Positions 1-14,907 are shown, counted from the first letter of the whole stretch. The stretch: 63,410 nt of DNA, filler included, from Bigelowiella natans CCMP2755 (GCA_000320545.1; 8 parts of 8 records of this genome joined end to end with filler, not necessarily neighbours in it); one strand, 5' to 3'. Notes: generated by a model not told the origin, from the letters alone. Numbers and translations: made by a program.

Positions 1-2752
1 TAGCCAAGAGAGACGCTAGCTCTGTCCCTGGCGTTCGTGGAGAGGGGGGATACGCCCACTCTCCGGGCTCGGCTTCCCCCCCGCGCTTCTCTCCCCCTCA
101 AACTCACGCCCACAAGGTCAGAGGTAAAAAAACAAAGGGGGGGTGGGGGGGGGGGGGGAGAGAAGCTGTATATAAAATAAATGAACAAATGTATATGTAC
201 ATATATTCACTAGAGCGAGGAGGAGCTCAACGACAAGAAGAGATATCTGGCCAAAGTATTCGTAGCATTTGGGAGGAGTAACCGCGCGTCACCGGAGATA
301 AGAGATCACAAAGCGTATCGAGCACTGCACAACCCTCAATTCACCAACGACGAGGGGGGGGGAGAGGGGAGGGAGGATGATGAGCAGAGTGCCTGCTTTT
401 TACTTCTGTGTCCCTGCGCTGCGAGCAGGAAGGATGAGGAGCATCAAAATGGAAAAGGGGGAGGGGGAGTAGATGAAAGCGATGATGGCCAAGCTGGGTA
501 AGACCGAAGAAGTGTAGGTGTAGTGTGTACAAGTAGTGGCGGTATTTTAAGTTGGATGAGACATTGCTGCCTTCACGAAGCCAAACCCTCTGAAACTGTT
601 GTGATTGTAGTTCTTTTTTCCAGCTCTATTCAGGGAGTAGTGTACAGCGACCGATGTTGGTGTTGTGTTATCAATAGCATAACCATCATCATCGCCAGCA
701 CGCTTTATCATATAACCATCGATAATGCAGGTTCCTGCTTCAACCTGACTGGCGGTTGGTCTTCGATGTCCTTCTGCCCGAGAATATGGAAGAAATCGAG
801 AAGAAGAGACTCCGGGAGCTGAGAGTAGAAGCGCCAACAGATGATGAGCATGCCAGTAGCGAAGGAAATAACAACACGGTGAAGATGGAGAAGAAGGCAA
901 AGATGGATGAGGAAATGAAGGAGAGAGAACCATGGGGAAACAACGACCTCAATACTCCGGAAACTCGTAGTGCAAACGTAATACGGGGAGGAGGAGGAGG
1001 AGGAGGAGGAGGAGGAGGAGGAGGAAACCGGAGATGGGGAGGGGGGAACGATGATGAGGCTCCTCAGGCCGCCCCCCGGATGTGCATATCACAGATAAAA
1101 TTTCTACGGCAGGTGGAGAGGGAGCGAAAAGCCCTCATCTGGAGCTTCTGGACTCTCCTCATCCAGCAACTTCCGATGAGCATTCTCATTGCCGTGTTTG
1201 TCTACAACGCGGCTACATTGGAGGAGCTGCAAGGGTGGGTCTTTCGGGCGACGCTGCTCTTTGGCGTGTTCTCCATTGGCCTTAAGCTGATGCAGGTCAC
1301 ATTGTACTTCTGGCTCGACGATGTGGCCGCACGCACTCGAAAGAGCCTCTACTTGCTGGTGCTGAATACGTTTGTCAAAGAGAAGGAGATGGAGAAGTTG
1401 CGAGGAGAACTGGCAGATGCAAAAAAGGCAGCAGCAGCAGCAGCTCATGGGAGCTCCTTGCTGGAACATAGCAGCAATATGGAGAGTGATGCTGGTGATG
1501 ACTACAACAACTACCATGCACAGCACTTGCGTCACCGTCGCCAGCATTCTCGTCCTCACTCTCATTGCAGATACGGGGGGGACAAGGCTCGTCATAGCCG
1601 CTGTACAAGTGGTATGATGAAACACAAGGAAGGAATGCGAGGGGGGAGGGGGGAGGGGGGGGGATTTCGCTAGGAATATCACCGCTATATACTTTGATTA
1701 TATTGACTCTTTCTTCTTTGTTTGTACCATTCGCCATCACAGATAACAGCAGCATCTCATCGTCTGTTCAAGTCCTGCACGAGAGCCATGATGCTCTCGA
1801 CGGCGGTGTCAAAGCAGCCATTTCCAACGCATACAGAACTCGTTCCATGAGCAGCGGAGGCCTTTTCCTCCCTCCCCGAGACGTTGGTTTGTTAGAAAGG
1901 GGAGAGGAGGAAGGTGGGCGAAGAAGAAGAAAAAGCGTTGGGAGCAGGAATAGTCAGCTACAGATACAACAACATTCGTCAGGATCAACCCGCTCCTCTT
2001 CCGCATTCTCCTCTTTCTTTGCAGCAGCAAACATATCCAAGCGCGTGCTGCGTGCCCGAAGCAGTAGCACCACAGAGTTAAAGGCTGCCCTCTGTGGTAG
2101 TCAGGGCTCTCATCCACACGCAAAGCCGATGGCGAGGGGAAGCAAGTCACCCCCCTCCTCCTCTCCGCGCTCTTTTGCATCACCAGCAAAGGTTTCTCTG
2201 GAGTTAGGTGGGATGGGAAAGAGTACTTGGCAAAGTCGAAGCAGCAGCATCGATGGGGGGCAGATCGATCATGGAATGAAGGCAGGAGGTTTCTTCCTCT
2301 GCATTGGAGAGCACCGACTCCTACCAGTCGCATGCTCGGTGGTTGCTACCCCTGAGGGCTGTTTGATTGTCTATGGACGCAACGAGGGAGATGTGCAGCA
2401 ATTCAAGGCCAAACATCAGCACTGCATGAGGGCCCCGACGGGTGCAAATAACGACGAGGATCGAAGGGCAGAGAGAGGGGAGCAGTGGATCAAAAGAAAA
2501 AAACGAAACAGCAGCAGCAGCAGCATTGATATCGTCGCTAATAGTATCACAAGCACAATCAACACTCAATTTGTACGCTCTGTCACTTCTGACCTTTCAG
2601 ACTCCAAAGGCCATCCTCGGCTCAAGACGCATGGGAATGATGAAAGCGGTGCAGAGACAACGTTGACGTGGCAGCCTACAACAGAGGAAACTTCCAAGGC
2701 TTTAGAAGAGAGGGATGAATGGGCGCGCTTTCTCCGAAGTGCCATTAGTTAA
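1..2752 (+). CDS. Uncharacterised multi-exon membrane protein with possible C-terminal PH-like domain (5' partial)
   Basis: Open exons at ~214-497 (SEEELNDKKRYLAKVF...), 731-1611 (two hydrophobic segments, LIWSFWTLLIQQLPMSILIAVFVY and VFRATLLFGVFSIGLKLMQV) and 1743-2752. The GT-AG intron 1612-1742 is in phase. The C-terminus EERDEWARFLRSAIS resembles a PH-domain terminal helix. Confidence 0.55.
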
Positions 2753-3666
2753 CGTACACGGGAAGAGCCGTACAAGCGTTTGATCGTGCTTCATGTTCTC
2801 AAGCCTGGGCTTCAAAAAGTGCGATGAAAAAGCGAGGAATCGCATGCGAATGACATAGAGAGAAACCAGACTATCGCGTCAGTGTGTGTCAGAAAGCATT
2901 CAAATTCATGTTTGCTCATGAAGAGCAAGTGTGTAAGCTCATACTACGCGAGGACAACAAATATGTAGGAGCATTGGTTAAGCTGCGATGAATTAATGGG
3001 GGGGATTGATATTTCCTCACAGCATAAATGTTTTTCCTACGCAAGTCTACATCGAAGTTAACCATTGCATCAATAGAAAGTTATCAGTGACATCGTTCAT
3101 GTGTCATAGGTGCAATAAAATTGCTTGCAATAATGTCACGTGTACTCTATCATGTCTTCACTTTACGCGGATGATTCCAAATTTTGACATTGCTAGATTG
3201 CTGAGACGTCAAACGTGGCAATGTGAAACATTGCATGAACTACGTACACGCAATGGCTCATTATCAGTTATGGGCATTGGCATGCTAGTCATTTATTTGC
3301 ACAGCTAACAATGCTAGAATGCACGATGACGTAGCAAGGCAGCGCATAGCAGAAATATGTGACATTGCTCGCATGCGCTGCACAACTTGACTAACTTTAC
3401 ATGCGAGACCAAGTGCATTGGAATAGCAATGTCTTGCACGGTCATGTTTCACCGATACAGATGAGCGATGAGTTTTGTGTTATTTACACTTACACTACGG
3501 TTAGGCAAAACAGCATGCAAGTTAAATGCAAAAACAAGAGCACATCTGAGACAATCAACATAGAGCATAAAGCTTGTGAAATGATTTCTTCTCAACAAGT
3601 GACTTCTGAAGAAAGCATGCGAAAAACGAAGAAATTTAGATCAACTCTAATCGACGCCGATCGTAA

Positions 3667-4648
3667 TCACAGGTCGTTCCTCCGTTTGAGCTCGTCCCGT
3701 ATCAATGTGTCAAACAAATGCCTTCTAACCTTTGTGCTCTCATTTCGGCTCGCCTTGGAAGAAGCCCGTCCTCTCTGCAACAAACACAAAGTCAAAGAAT
3801 GCATGTTTTCAATCTCGGGGGGAGGGAGATTCGATTTTCTTACGGACCCTGAGACTTCGGTGAAAGTCCTGCTGATTACTAGTTGCCTGTTGTCTTCTAC
3901 GCGGTGGGGGGGCGGTGGGGGATGATGAATTCGGGGCTTCGCTTGCAAAGAATTGCGGGGGAGGGCGCGAGCGCCGGAGTTTTCGTCGCAGCCAGTTTTT
4001 TCCTATCTTCACAATCGAGCAGAGCATTGTTGTCGTGATGCTGACGTGCATACTTTGTTATACCGAGAAAGCTGTTCAGAACGAGGCTGTTAATGGCGCA
4101 TGGATCATCGATGAGGAGTTGAAGGAGCTTTTCGAATGTCCGCTGTCGCGATTCTATCACGCGAGCGCTCGTAGAACTAGACAGGAATGCTTGGGGGGAA
4201 CGCCGGGACTGATGACGTGACATCGTCAAAAATCAAGAAATGGAGAGAGCGCAAATGGATATGTGATATGTGCGAAGTGCTTGTGTTTACTGTATGTCTA
4301 ATCCTTGTGCATACACATCAGATCCAGATGAATTGTTGCTTCGCATCAAAATCTCATACACTGAATTCCGATGTCCCCCCCCCCCCCCCCCACTACAGCT
4401 ACTACTACTGTTACTACTTAATGATATTGTTGCCTACCCAAAGGCCTGCACACCCATGTCTCTGCACACATCCCCGTACATCTTCACAAATTGGCTATAT
4501 CGCCGCCATTCCGTCCATTCTTGCTTCCTGCTGCTGCTGCTACTACTACTACTACTACTACTGCAACCGTTGGGAGAACTACGGGAAGAGGCTGATGCTC
4601 TCTTATCACCTCTACTCCGCGTTGTTCTTCTACTGCCAATAATGCTAT

Positions 4649-4681
<33 letters not shown>

Positions 4682-5629
4682 CACTAGTACCACTACTAGT
4701 TGTGCTCTCCCGCGAAGTCATCTTGACCAATATTCCGTACTCAATAAAATTCCCCTCACTCGATTGTCGGGTACAGGGAATGGAGACGGCGTATGATGTC
4801 ACGTTATTCTTGTCCCCCCCCCTTCCACCAACGAGACTGCTCCTCTTGCTAGCCGTAGCAGCCTCCGCCCCTCCGTCTGTGCTATCGCTCCCATCGATTC
4901 TCGCCACGGCTGTGTGGGCAAAGGCGCGCGCTTTGTTTTCGAGTAATGCTGGTAGACTTGACAGATGAGCGACGCTCCCCTGGTAATAATAGCATGTAGA
5001 TCGGCCAGGAGATAGAGGGTAGGCCGCGCGCGGGTGTGTTTACGTGTTAGTGTGTGTGTTTGTGTGCATATTCGTCAACCAGCCGTGTTGATTTCGTTAT
5101 GATATACAACTCACCTGTTTTCTCGTCACGACGTTTGACCTTCCTTCCATATGCATCAGCATTGCGTGATACCCTGTTATTATGGCATGAGCGAGATGAT
5201 GGAGCAGCTTACATCGCGATTAAAAGCCGCCATTTCGACTTCTATCTAAGACATTTAGTCTTGCTACTACTACTACTGCTGCTACTACTACTACTACTCT
5301 TACTATATTTACTACTACTTCTACTATTTTTACTACTTCTTCTATTACCTCTACTACTACTACTACCACTACAATAACACCTTGACTAGCCGCTGAAGAT
5401 GTTCCAAACAATATAGCGGGACGATCATGATGACGGCATGCACAGGCTAAGATGACAGCGCGTGCTTTCTCATTGCTGCTGCTGCTGCTGCTGCTGCCGC
5501 TATCGCTGCTACTGGTGGTGGTGGAAGTGATATCGCTTGATGATGAGATCCTATTCGCAACCATGTTGCGGAATGTCTGCCATACTGTCGCACGATTCTA
5601 AGAAGTGAGCGTGAAGTAGGATATTATGT

Positions 5630-5706
<77 letters not shown>

Positions 5707-6472
5707 CGTATGACCTACACAACAGCAAACGGGAGAACAACAACAACAACAAGGCAATAGTGTGACCATCCTCACCTTCCACTCCATGAGTTCCAGCGTG
5801 TCCCCCTCCGATACGGATGGGACGGTCAGGAGGGAGAAATGGCTGTCGGCTTGGATCATCTTCTCCTTTCCGACGCTATTTAGAGAATCTCGAGCACTCG
5901 AGAAGACTTGAGCTATTCTCTTCGAGGTCCAATCGGGACGTACAGACTCGATGAAGCGCTCCGCCTCTCCCTCAGCCTGGAAGCACTCGAGCAAACTTCC
6001 CACCCAACTTTTGCCAACCTGAAAACACACCACCACCAACAACAACAACACCCAAGAGAAGACGTAGTGAGCGGACAGAACAGCGGGCACATCACAGGGT
6101 ACTCTTCGCTAGAACACGTATGTTGTGATCACTCGCACATTGAGGAATTCCTTCAGCTGATGCGCTTTTAAGCATCTCTCTGCAGCTTCTAGAGGAACCA
6201 TTGCCTCGTTCAACTTCTCCGCTCCTAGCCGTGCGAAGGTGGGGTTTCGCGACAGCAAAGTACGCGTCCACAAAATGTCCTTGATCAGGCCAAAACGCAG
6301 CTGCGAGCGAGAGAGGGTCTTTTTCACGCCGCGAAGATGCTGCAAGTAGCACACGAAAGTGCCTCGCAGGAGAGAGGTCAACACGTCACGACTTTTGCCA
6401 GATATTTCCTCTCCTCCAATCCAATCCTCGTAGTCGCTTCCCGCATCCCCTGCATTATTGTGGCGTGTGTAA

Positions 6473-6510
<38 letters not shown>

Positions 6511-6690
6511 TTGTGCTTGTCGCGCGGAAACTAGATTGTGCAGTGAAAGAGGATTAAGCCTCTTTGTGCCCACACGCCGTATTCGTGGGGTGAGGAAGGG
6601 AAGGGGACGTGGAGGCGCTGCAATAAACTGAAGCTGTTTTAAATGTAGATCATCGTAGATACGGGTTCGACTCATCATCATCAACAACAG

Positions 6691-6723
<33 letters not shown>

Positions 6724-7006
6724 TCTTACCGATCGCCTGTGCGATAACACTCCAGGAAACGTCAGGATCGGACCATTCCGCATCATGCCATTTCTGCGTG
6801 AATAGCCCTCCAAATCCATCAAATGCGATGCTCTTCGATGCGTATTCTACTAGCACGTCTCGAGCTAACTCGCGCAGGGAATCTAGGCTCCTCAATAGAT
6901 CGGCCCAACGCCGTTTTATCTTAGGAAAAATATATATTATGAAGAATCGTATACACGTGCACAAGGTACTGCTCTCCTCTCCCCTCTCCCCTCTCCCCGT
7001 CCCTGT

Positions 7007-7051
<45 letters not shown>

Positions 7052-8298
7052 CCTTTTTCGATAGTATTATAACGAGTAGTCGTCGTAATCAACCTGTGTG
7101 CTTGCCCTCCACCTCTGATCGTTCCCTGCTGCTTCCCCCATTGTCTCACCAAAATCCTCAGCATTGCACTGCCTACTAGCACGTTTCTTATTCCTCCTCA
7201 TGGAATCGCTCCCCGGTGATAGTCCTCCTTCTTCCTCTCCTTCCTCTTTCTCACTCTCCTGCTCTTTCCCCCCTCCCCTCCCCCAGATACTGGAGAGAAA
7301 CCGCTTTTGAAACAGTAATAAGGAGTCAGAGATCCTCCTAACAGCTCCGACGACACCGCATAGCGTCCTCTCGTCCACCACCACTCCCCCCCCCCCTGCC
7401 AGGATGTAGATATGGTGATCCGAGGGAGCGTTTGGGGGAAAGCTATATCCAACAGGTGTCCAGCATGCGCGCAGAGGTCTCAGTGCCGCCTCGGAACATG
7501 CCCTCGTTTGTACAACGACGCACGATCTAAGGAATAGCTGGAGCAGTAGGAAAAAGTGCTCGATCACGTCCGCGTGAGCTAAGGCGAGCGGCAATACAGC
7601 GCATGATGACCCCGCATCGTTTCTGTCCTCCTCCTTCTTCTTGTCGTCGTTGTTGTCACGATTGTGTTTGGAGAGGAGGACTGGCAGCACCGAGTTCAGA
7701 GAGCGGCTCATCATGACAAAGAGCTCATTTGCTGCAGTGAAACGTACTTTCCCGCTGCTGTCTCCTTCTTCCTCTTCCTCTTCCTCTTCCTCTTCCTCTT
7801 CTTCTTCTTCTTCTTCTTCTTCTTCTTCTTTCTCGAAATCCTTGACGCTATGGGCGCGAATGCCTCCCTCGCTCTTTCCTTCCTCCATGCACATATCAGC
7901 CTTGCGAACAATCTTGCTGCTGCTGCTGCTACTGCTGCCGGCATTCCGTCTCCAAGTCGCGACAACACGCTCAGCTACTTGAAGAAGAGACAGTTTCGAT
8001 TTTTGGCTAAGGATGTTTACGAGGGCAAGGCGGAGCCGCTGCAACGAGGAAGAGGGCAGCGCAAATGATTGCGGCTCACAATCTTTTTCCATGGTGCTTA
8101 CCAACGAGAGCCCTCGAATAATATCGGTTTCTTGAGCGATTGAGGACCATTTCGGGCTTGTAATGGCCTTGATGATGCTGTTGATGTCGCGCGAAACTTC
8201 ATGTTTAAGGTGCTCGAAGTCTTGAGGCTAGAGCAGACGATAAATGGCAGCAGGAGAGTCAACTTAACATGTTCCGAACATGCGTGCGTTGTTTGTGG

Positions 8299-8338
<40 letters not shown>

Positions 8339-9489
8339 AGACAGTAAACATACAACATGGGTCTTATATGCCATTCCTTTCACATTTCGATGTAGTTTAT
8401 GAGCTAGTGTGACGACGCAAAACGTCCACGTGTAGGACACCTACATGGAGGGGGCGGCACGAGACCCTGGAATTTCGAAGAATTTTGGTCAGATTTTCTA
8501 GCGCATCAACCCCGTTGACTTGCCCGCCAATTTGCGTGCTCTTTTCCTCTCTCACAGATCCATACTTGGCCACCGCTACTTTGGCGTCCTTTCGAGCTAT
8601 TTGTGAAGCGAGAATTTCGTCCTTCAGGCGATAGTTTGCTTCCTTCAGCAGCCGATCTGATACGAACGCCAAATGGGGCACATTCACTATCACCATCATC
8701 ACCATCATTATCGTCCAGCAGATATTTACCTGAGACCCATCTGATGCAAACCCTCAGTACCATATCATCACCACTGCCATCAGGCTGCTCCGACCTCATC
8801 GGCACATCCAGCGAAACGGGGTTCCACGTCGGTGGAATATCTTCTATTGAGATCGTGCCCTTAGCAAGGATTGAACTCCCTGCTTATTCAATTAGATGCC
8901 GTTATGTCATGTCCACGAGGGCGGAGGCACGCGCTCGTGCCGAGGGCTAAAGCGAAGGGGGGAAGCGAAGGAATCCCTGCGGAAAACTTAAAATTTCATC
9001 TTCTGCTTCTTATGACACGGTATTACCTCGTCCGAAGAAGCCTCCTCCGGCCCTCAGAACAAAGCATATCTAAATAATATCCATCCCATGTTTGAAAGTT
9101 ATGATAGGAGAGTTGAGAGACGATAACGAAGGGAAAGCGACAAGTAGGTAGCGAACTTAGAGCGTTATCGATTGACAGCTGCTCCGTCCCTGCCTCCCCC
9201 ACAACCAACAACCTGGATGGCTTCAGTCTTTGGCTTGAATTCGAAGGTCTGGTCCCAAAAGGGTGAGGCACTCGAAGTGACAGCAGTTGTTTGGCGAGAG
9301 GAGAGACATGAAGACTGTCGGTTTCGCATGGGGTGTTTGCTTGGGGTTATCATCGAGTATCTTCTTGCCCCTGCCCGGGCCTCGTTGATGGAGACCTGTG
9401 TCGAATACATTCGAATGATATTGAAGAGGGAAGAATGACGGTTATTATATCTCCTCTGGTTCTTATCGATCCATACTCTACTTCTCTCC

Positions 9490-9535
<46 letters not shown>

Positions 9536-10065
9536 ATGCAAAACACGTGCAGCATATCGATCGATTTGACCCTAATGAAACGGCGTCAGTGAACGTCGCT
9601 ATTAGTTCGGGGTAAGGATTTACTTGAATACCATTTGGTATTTTCCCACCCTCTCCTCGCACTAGTATTCAGCACTCTTGATTTCTTGTTTTATCTCTTT
9701 GTATTATTGCGCTTTTTATGATATTATCAGTACTACTTCTTCTTACAACAACATGTGATCAGTCGTCTCACCATGCAGACGAGGCTGCCACCATTGGAAA
9801 GCTTAGGAATATTCCGAGCAGAAATGACCGTGATACTCAGACGATTCCCTTTACCTCCATCCCTGATGGATATGCACGTCACATCAACTCACGTATCTTC
9901 TTCGCCCACGCGAACTATACAATCTCTCTCTCCCTGTCTCGCCGTAGCTAAGCACATTAGAATGCAACTCAACAACAAAAAATACATCTGATTTGAATCA
10001 GAAGGGGGGAGCACATGCGTGCGAGCGAACCCGGAGAGGCTGAACTTCCGTCTCGACGAAGCCAT
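3667..10065 (-). CDS. Multi-exon protein: N-terminal C2 domain, helical (Sec6/MUN-like?) middle, C-terminal PX domain
   Basis: C2 exons LSITVISARNIPKLSNGGSLVCM|VSINEA...TTAVTSSASPFWDQTFEF|ICFVLRAGGGFFGRG|SSILAKGTISIEDIP. PX motifs YAVSIPCTR..FIEYGILV..EWTEWRRYSQFVKMY and VIESRQRTFEKLLQLLIDDP..SLVLNSFL. The start codon and some junctions are uncertain. Confidence 0.75.
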
Positions 10066-10486
10066 CGTTCGGCCGAGATCGGAATTGAGTTCGGGCTCTT
10101 AAGACTCACATCGCCTTAATTTACAACCAAAATACTTCGAAATGGATGAGATTTCATATTCGCGTCATACATATTTATTCCGAAATCACCCGTATTATAC
10201 CCGCAGTCGCTGCCAGAAGAAGAACCTCTCGGAAGCCTAGATTCAGGATCATCAGCTCCGGAGAGTCTCGAAAAATCATACGAATTTTCTCTGAAGTTTC
10301 CCCTGTACATATTTTATTTTTTGAGAAACCTGCGGAACACACAGCGTTTTTGTCGGATAATCTGTCAAAGATCTTGTCGCAGTATGCAGAATCTCGGCCT
10401 TTTATCTTTGGGAGTTTATTGCTGGGAGGTGAGATCATCATCACAATTCAAATCGAGGCGAACAAGCGTCACTGAAAGCCAAAATC
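10066..10486. promoter_or_regulatory. Putative bidirectional promoter between head-to-head C2/PX gene and Rab gene
   Basis: About 420 nt separate divergent start codons. Support is positional only. Confidence 0.4.
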
Positions 10487-11564
10487 ATGAACCTCGACGA
10501 AACCTGCATGGACTATGGTAACGAAGCTCTAACAAACCTATGTTTCCGCGCCACCTTCTCCCTCCATAGACGCATCATTATCATTACCTGTCTTTGTAGA
10601 TCACCTCGTGAAGATTGTGATGATCGGCGATTCTGGAGTCGGTAATTGAGATGAATTGAAGAACATTGACGCCTTTTTGGGCTAACATTTATCCTTCGTG
10701 TTTGGCAGGAAAGACAGCTCTTGTCGAGAGATTTGTTGAGGATAAGGTATAGAGAGAAATGGAGAGAGGGGAAGAGAGAAAAGAGCTATTTTGGGCTGAT
10801 GACCTGAAATCTTCTTTACTTAGTTCAACCCTTCCGACATAAACACGATCGGTGTTGACCTTCGAGTGAAGACTCTATGTGTTGGACCAACAGAAACAAA
10901 GGTATTCATCATCGTCATCATCATCGTCATCGTCATCATCGTATTGACCATATACGCTATTATACAACATTCATAGGTAAAGATGCAAGTCTGGGATACC
11001 GCCGGACAGGAGAGGTTCCGTGCTATCACGCAATGCTATTACAAGAATGCAGATGCCTTTGTATTGGTAATACATGAAGGCGCTGCGCAGTTTCCTTGTG
11101 ATACACCTTAATTTGCTATATGTCCATCGCCCTATCTAATTACCTCTATAAACTTGACAAAATAGGTGTTAGATCTCACTGAGTATGAGTCCTGCAAGAA
11201 CCTGGAAAAATGGATCAACGATGTCCAGCATTTTGCACGGAGGGGCACACGAGTAGTTATTTGCGCGAATAAGAGCGACTTCGAGAAGGATGGTGATGGA
11301 AAGCAACGTGTTGTCAGCATTGATGATATTCAGCGCTGCTTCAGCAAGGAAGATGATGTGACGATAATAGAAACTAGTGCGAAGACTGGCGACAACGTCA
11401 AGACAGCATTTATGACCGCAGCCGAAACAGCACTTGAACGAGTAAAGGCCTTCAGCTTCGCCAGCAAGCAAGGCGGCTCAGGTGATGTAGTTCTTGGCGG
11501 AACTTCCATCCTTCATCGAGTCCGGGGAGGCAACCAACGAACTTGTCCTTGCACGCTACTATGA
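10487..11564 (+). CDS. Rab-family small GTPase (Rab1/Rab8-like), 6 exons
   Basis: Spliced sequence [11 protein letters not shown]|[14 protein letters not shown]|[12 protein letters not shown]|[16 protein letters not shown]..|[30 protein letters not shown]|..ANKSD..ETSAK..CPCTLL*. All G-boxes and a prenylation motif are present. Confidence 0.95.
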
Positions 11565-12332
11565 TTGATAAACTTAGATGTTATTTGGCAATTATAAGCC
11601 AATTTGTCAATTATTTAACCATTTCCTTCCACACTGTGGCAGGATACACCTATCTAGACATGCATGCACGATACACCTATCTAGCTGTCGTGCACCGACA
11701 GAACTCAACTTGGCGCAAGCCGCAATTTAATGTTGCACAATGTGATGGAGGCGATGGCGTGCAAGCGAACATTCGCAATGTGTACACAATGCTAGAATGT
11801 CGTCTAGACGGATTTGGCTAGTTGATGCGCATGTGGACAATCTAGCAATGCTAGAATGCTTAGAATGCAGACTACTAGCTAGCTAGACACAGATGCCTTC
11901 GTGCATCCATGCTAGCATAGCATGTAGCAGCGAGCACATTTCACGTTCTCATGCATAGTCGTCAATTCAAACAGCAATGCACAAACAATTGCGCGCGCAT
12001 GCATTTCTAGATTTGTTGGGGGCACAGCTACTTGTTCTTGTTAGCATAGATGTGTACGTGCTACCAATTAGATGTGTCGTTGCGTTTGACTTGTGTAGGC
12101 TACATGTACAGACCCAGAGACATCTACACTTATGTTCCTCTGGACACGTGCACAGCATTAGATGCGCCAAAACGAATCAAACACCATTCATGCATCGATA
12201 TACGCTCATGTAGCCATGCTACGGCTACATACGACTAGACGCAAATGTTAAGGTCATAACTGTTGTTTCTCAGATGAAGTTCTATGATGAATAAAGTTCA
12301 TTATAATTTCTAACTCTATCTCTTCTCTATCT

Positions 12333-13617
12333 TTACTTTTGCTGCGCTTTGTATTTTCGGCGCTCATCCTTCTGTTTATAGATGTCGATGTATCTTACAT
12401 CTCCATTCCGTGTAATCCACCATGCCGGTAGAAGGGCAAATCCACGTTCTTTTGGGACTTCACCTGGAATTGAACATGTTTCAACCGCGTCTATCATAGT
12501 AAGTATCATCAGCCACGGTTGCGTCATTCACTTCTGCACTTATTCTGTACACGGTCATTATCATTATTACCACGCACAATCCAATAACATAAAAATGACC
12601 TGAGCAATTGAGAAGGCTGCTGCTGCAAGTAAAGCTCCTGCCATCGGCCCACTCCAATACACCCAAAGGTCTACCCATCTCCCCGCGACGAGGGGAAGGC
12701 CGGTTCCCGCCGCTAATAAATACAAATACCACAGCAGCAGCAGCAGCAGCAGTAGGAATCATAATCTGGATCAAAGGCAACGAGACAGGCAGCGTCGATG
12801 TTTTCCCCGGATGGATGTTGAAACGTGCAATCAGCCATTCTCCACCTTCTCCTCGCTCGTAGATATTATGCACGACGTAGCATGCATATATGAATATTGA
12901 CGCTATGGGGAGCAGATAAAGGGGGGGGCGGAGGAGGAGAGGTAAGAACCAGGATTTAATGCAGCCCCTGATACATCTCCAACCGCAACAGTTCCAGCCA
13001 TAAGAGCAAAGCCTGCAAATGATGAAATGAAGTCATCTGACTTATAATACTGTAAGAGCAACTTATCGTCGATTTAACCGTAAGCATCGATATTCATTTA
13101 AGGCTATGCTGTTATTTTTTCTCTTTGTCTTTGTAATATATCGTTGTTCTTGTTGTTGATGTTGTTATGTTCGTATCCTATACAACCTGAAGCCAGACTA
13201 TACATGTACCAACGATTCTTGCTCTCGTGAAACAGCAGCCGTGATCTAATCGCATAATTGATTATTGATGATGATGATAATGATGACGGTGATGATGATG
13301 ATGATGATGATGGTGATGATGATGGTGATGATGATGATGATAATGATGGTGGTGATGATGATACAGCAGAGAGAATCTCGATGTTAACGCTGCTGCCACT
13401 ACTACTACTGCTACTACTACTACTACTACTACCCGCCGCTGTCGTAGGTGATGAGAACGACGTATGCTAGTAAGAAGGAGAACAAAGCTTCGGCCTTTAT
13501 ATTTACGCGTGAAACAACTCAGTCAGATATGTTGTGCTTGTCTCCAACTTTTAACTTACACATTTGTGTGTGTACGCGCGCGCGCGCGTGTATCTATTCA
13601 ATATTAGAATATGCCAA

Positions 13618-13656
<39 letters not shown>

Positions 13657-13958
13657 CTCTCTCCCCTCCCCCCCTTCAGCTCGCTCCTCCTCCTCTGATT
13701 CTACTCCGACAATCACCACTACAACAACTACTATTTCTCTAGTAGTATTTATAGTGCAAGAGACTGCTGCTTTTACTGCTACCATGAGATGAGCAACCCA
13801 CGAGTAGCGCCCATTCGTCAAGGGATATCCGCCTGGTTTTCCTGGTGATTGATCATATTGATGAATGACGAATCGTAATATCATTAGTAACGTAGCAAAT
13901 ACTTCGAAGATCGATCTTATATGTGTGCGCACACGTCTCTCCTCCCCACCCCCCCCTG

Positions 13959-14000
<42 letters not shown>

Positions 14001-14873
14001 TTCTAGAATGTATCTCATTCATATATGTAAAAGCTTTTTCCTCCTTATTCTTCTTCTTCTTCTTCTTCTTCTTCTTCTTTGTCCTGCTTCGTCGTATGAT
14101 GTATTTGTTGATGATCACCGAGGACGAACTTGGCCACTTCTGCAGCAGCGAAACTAGCCGCCAACTAATGCGTACACCATCATAAGCGAGCTCCAAAGCT
14201 ATACTTCATTCAATCATTTTGTTCTATAATATTTATTGCCGAAGTTCTTTTTTCCCTCTCTCTCTCTTTCCCTCCTCCCCCCCCTTCTCTCTTTCTTCCC
14301 TCTCCAGCATCGATCGATCGATCGGTCACCTGCGCAACTATGTAGGCGATTGCTGTCATCATCCCCATTAGATACCCCAACACGGACTTATCTGATTCTC
14401 TAACAAAAGGCAAAAAGAGGAGGAGGAGAAAGAAGAAGAAGAATAAGAAGAAGAACAAATATGTAAGCTGATATTCTTAATTAACATCACAGCGGCAAAT
14501 GGAATCCATACACGCGTACGTCATCTCAATCACCTGGTAAACAGTCCGCACATGAGCCCCGCTGTGGTAACCTTCAAAGGCCATGATGAAACACAAATAT
14601 TAACATCCGATTATGCAAGTATAATATCGGTAAGTCACGAATCTATTAGCGACGCCGAGAGGTGGGGTGGGGTGGGGGGGAGGGGGAAGAGAGCGACGGG
14701 GCTATTTTCACACACATTTACACAAATATGATCCTTCTTCACGGTTATGATATATGCACATACTGCGGGATTGAAGTGCGCCATCGATGATTGGGAGGCC
14801 ATGTACACAACGGCAACCTTGTATTTTTTGAATGATGATGATGGCAATCATGAAAATGAGGATGATAATGATA

Positions 14874-14907
<34 letters not shown>

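Noticed and set aside
4187-5377. Poly-L/Y/S ORFs on the + strand, and similar IYIY/THTH/SLSL/ERER ORFs throughout
   Set aside because: They are translations of microsatellites or antisense frames of real exons.
10487-11564. Intact Rab as parent of the pseudogene at 41797
   Set aside because: Sequence (GDSGVGKT/GQERF versus GNSNIGKT/GSERC) and intron pattern differ.
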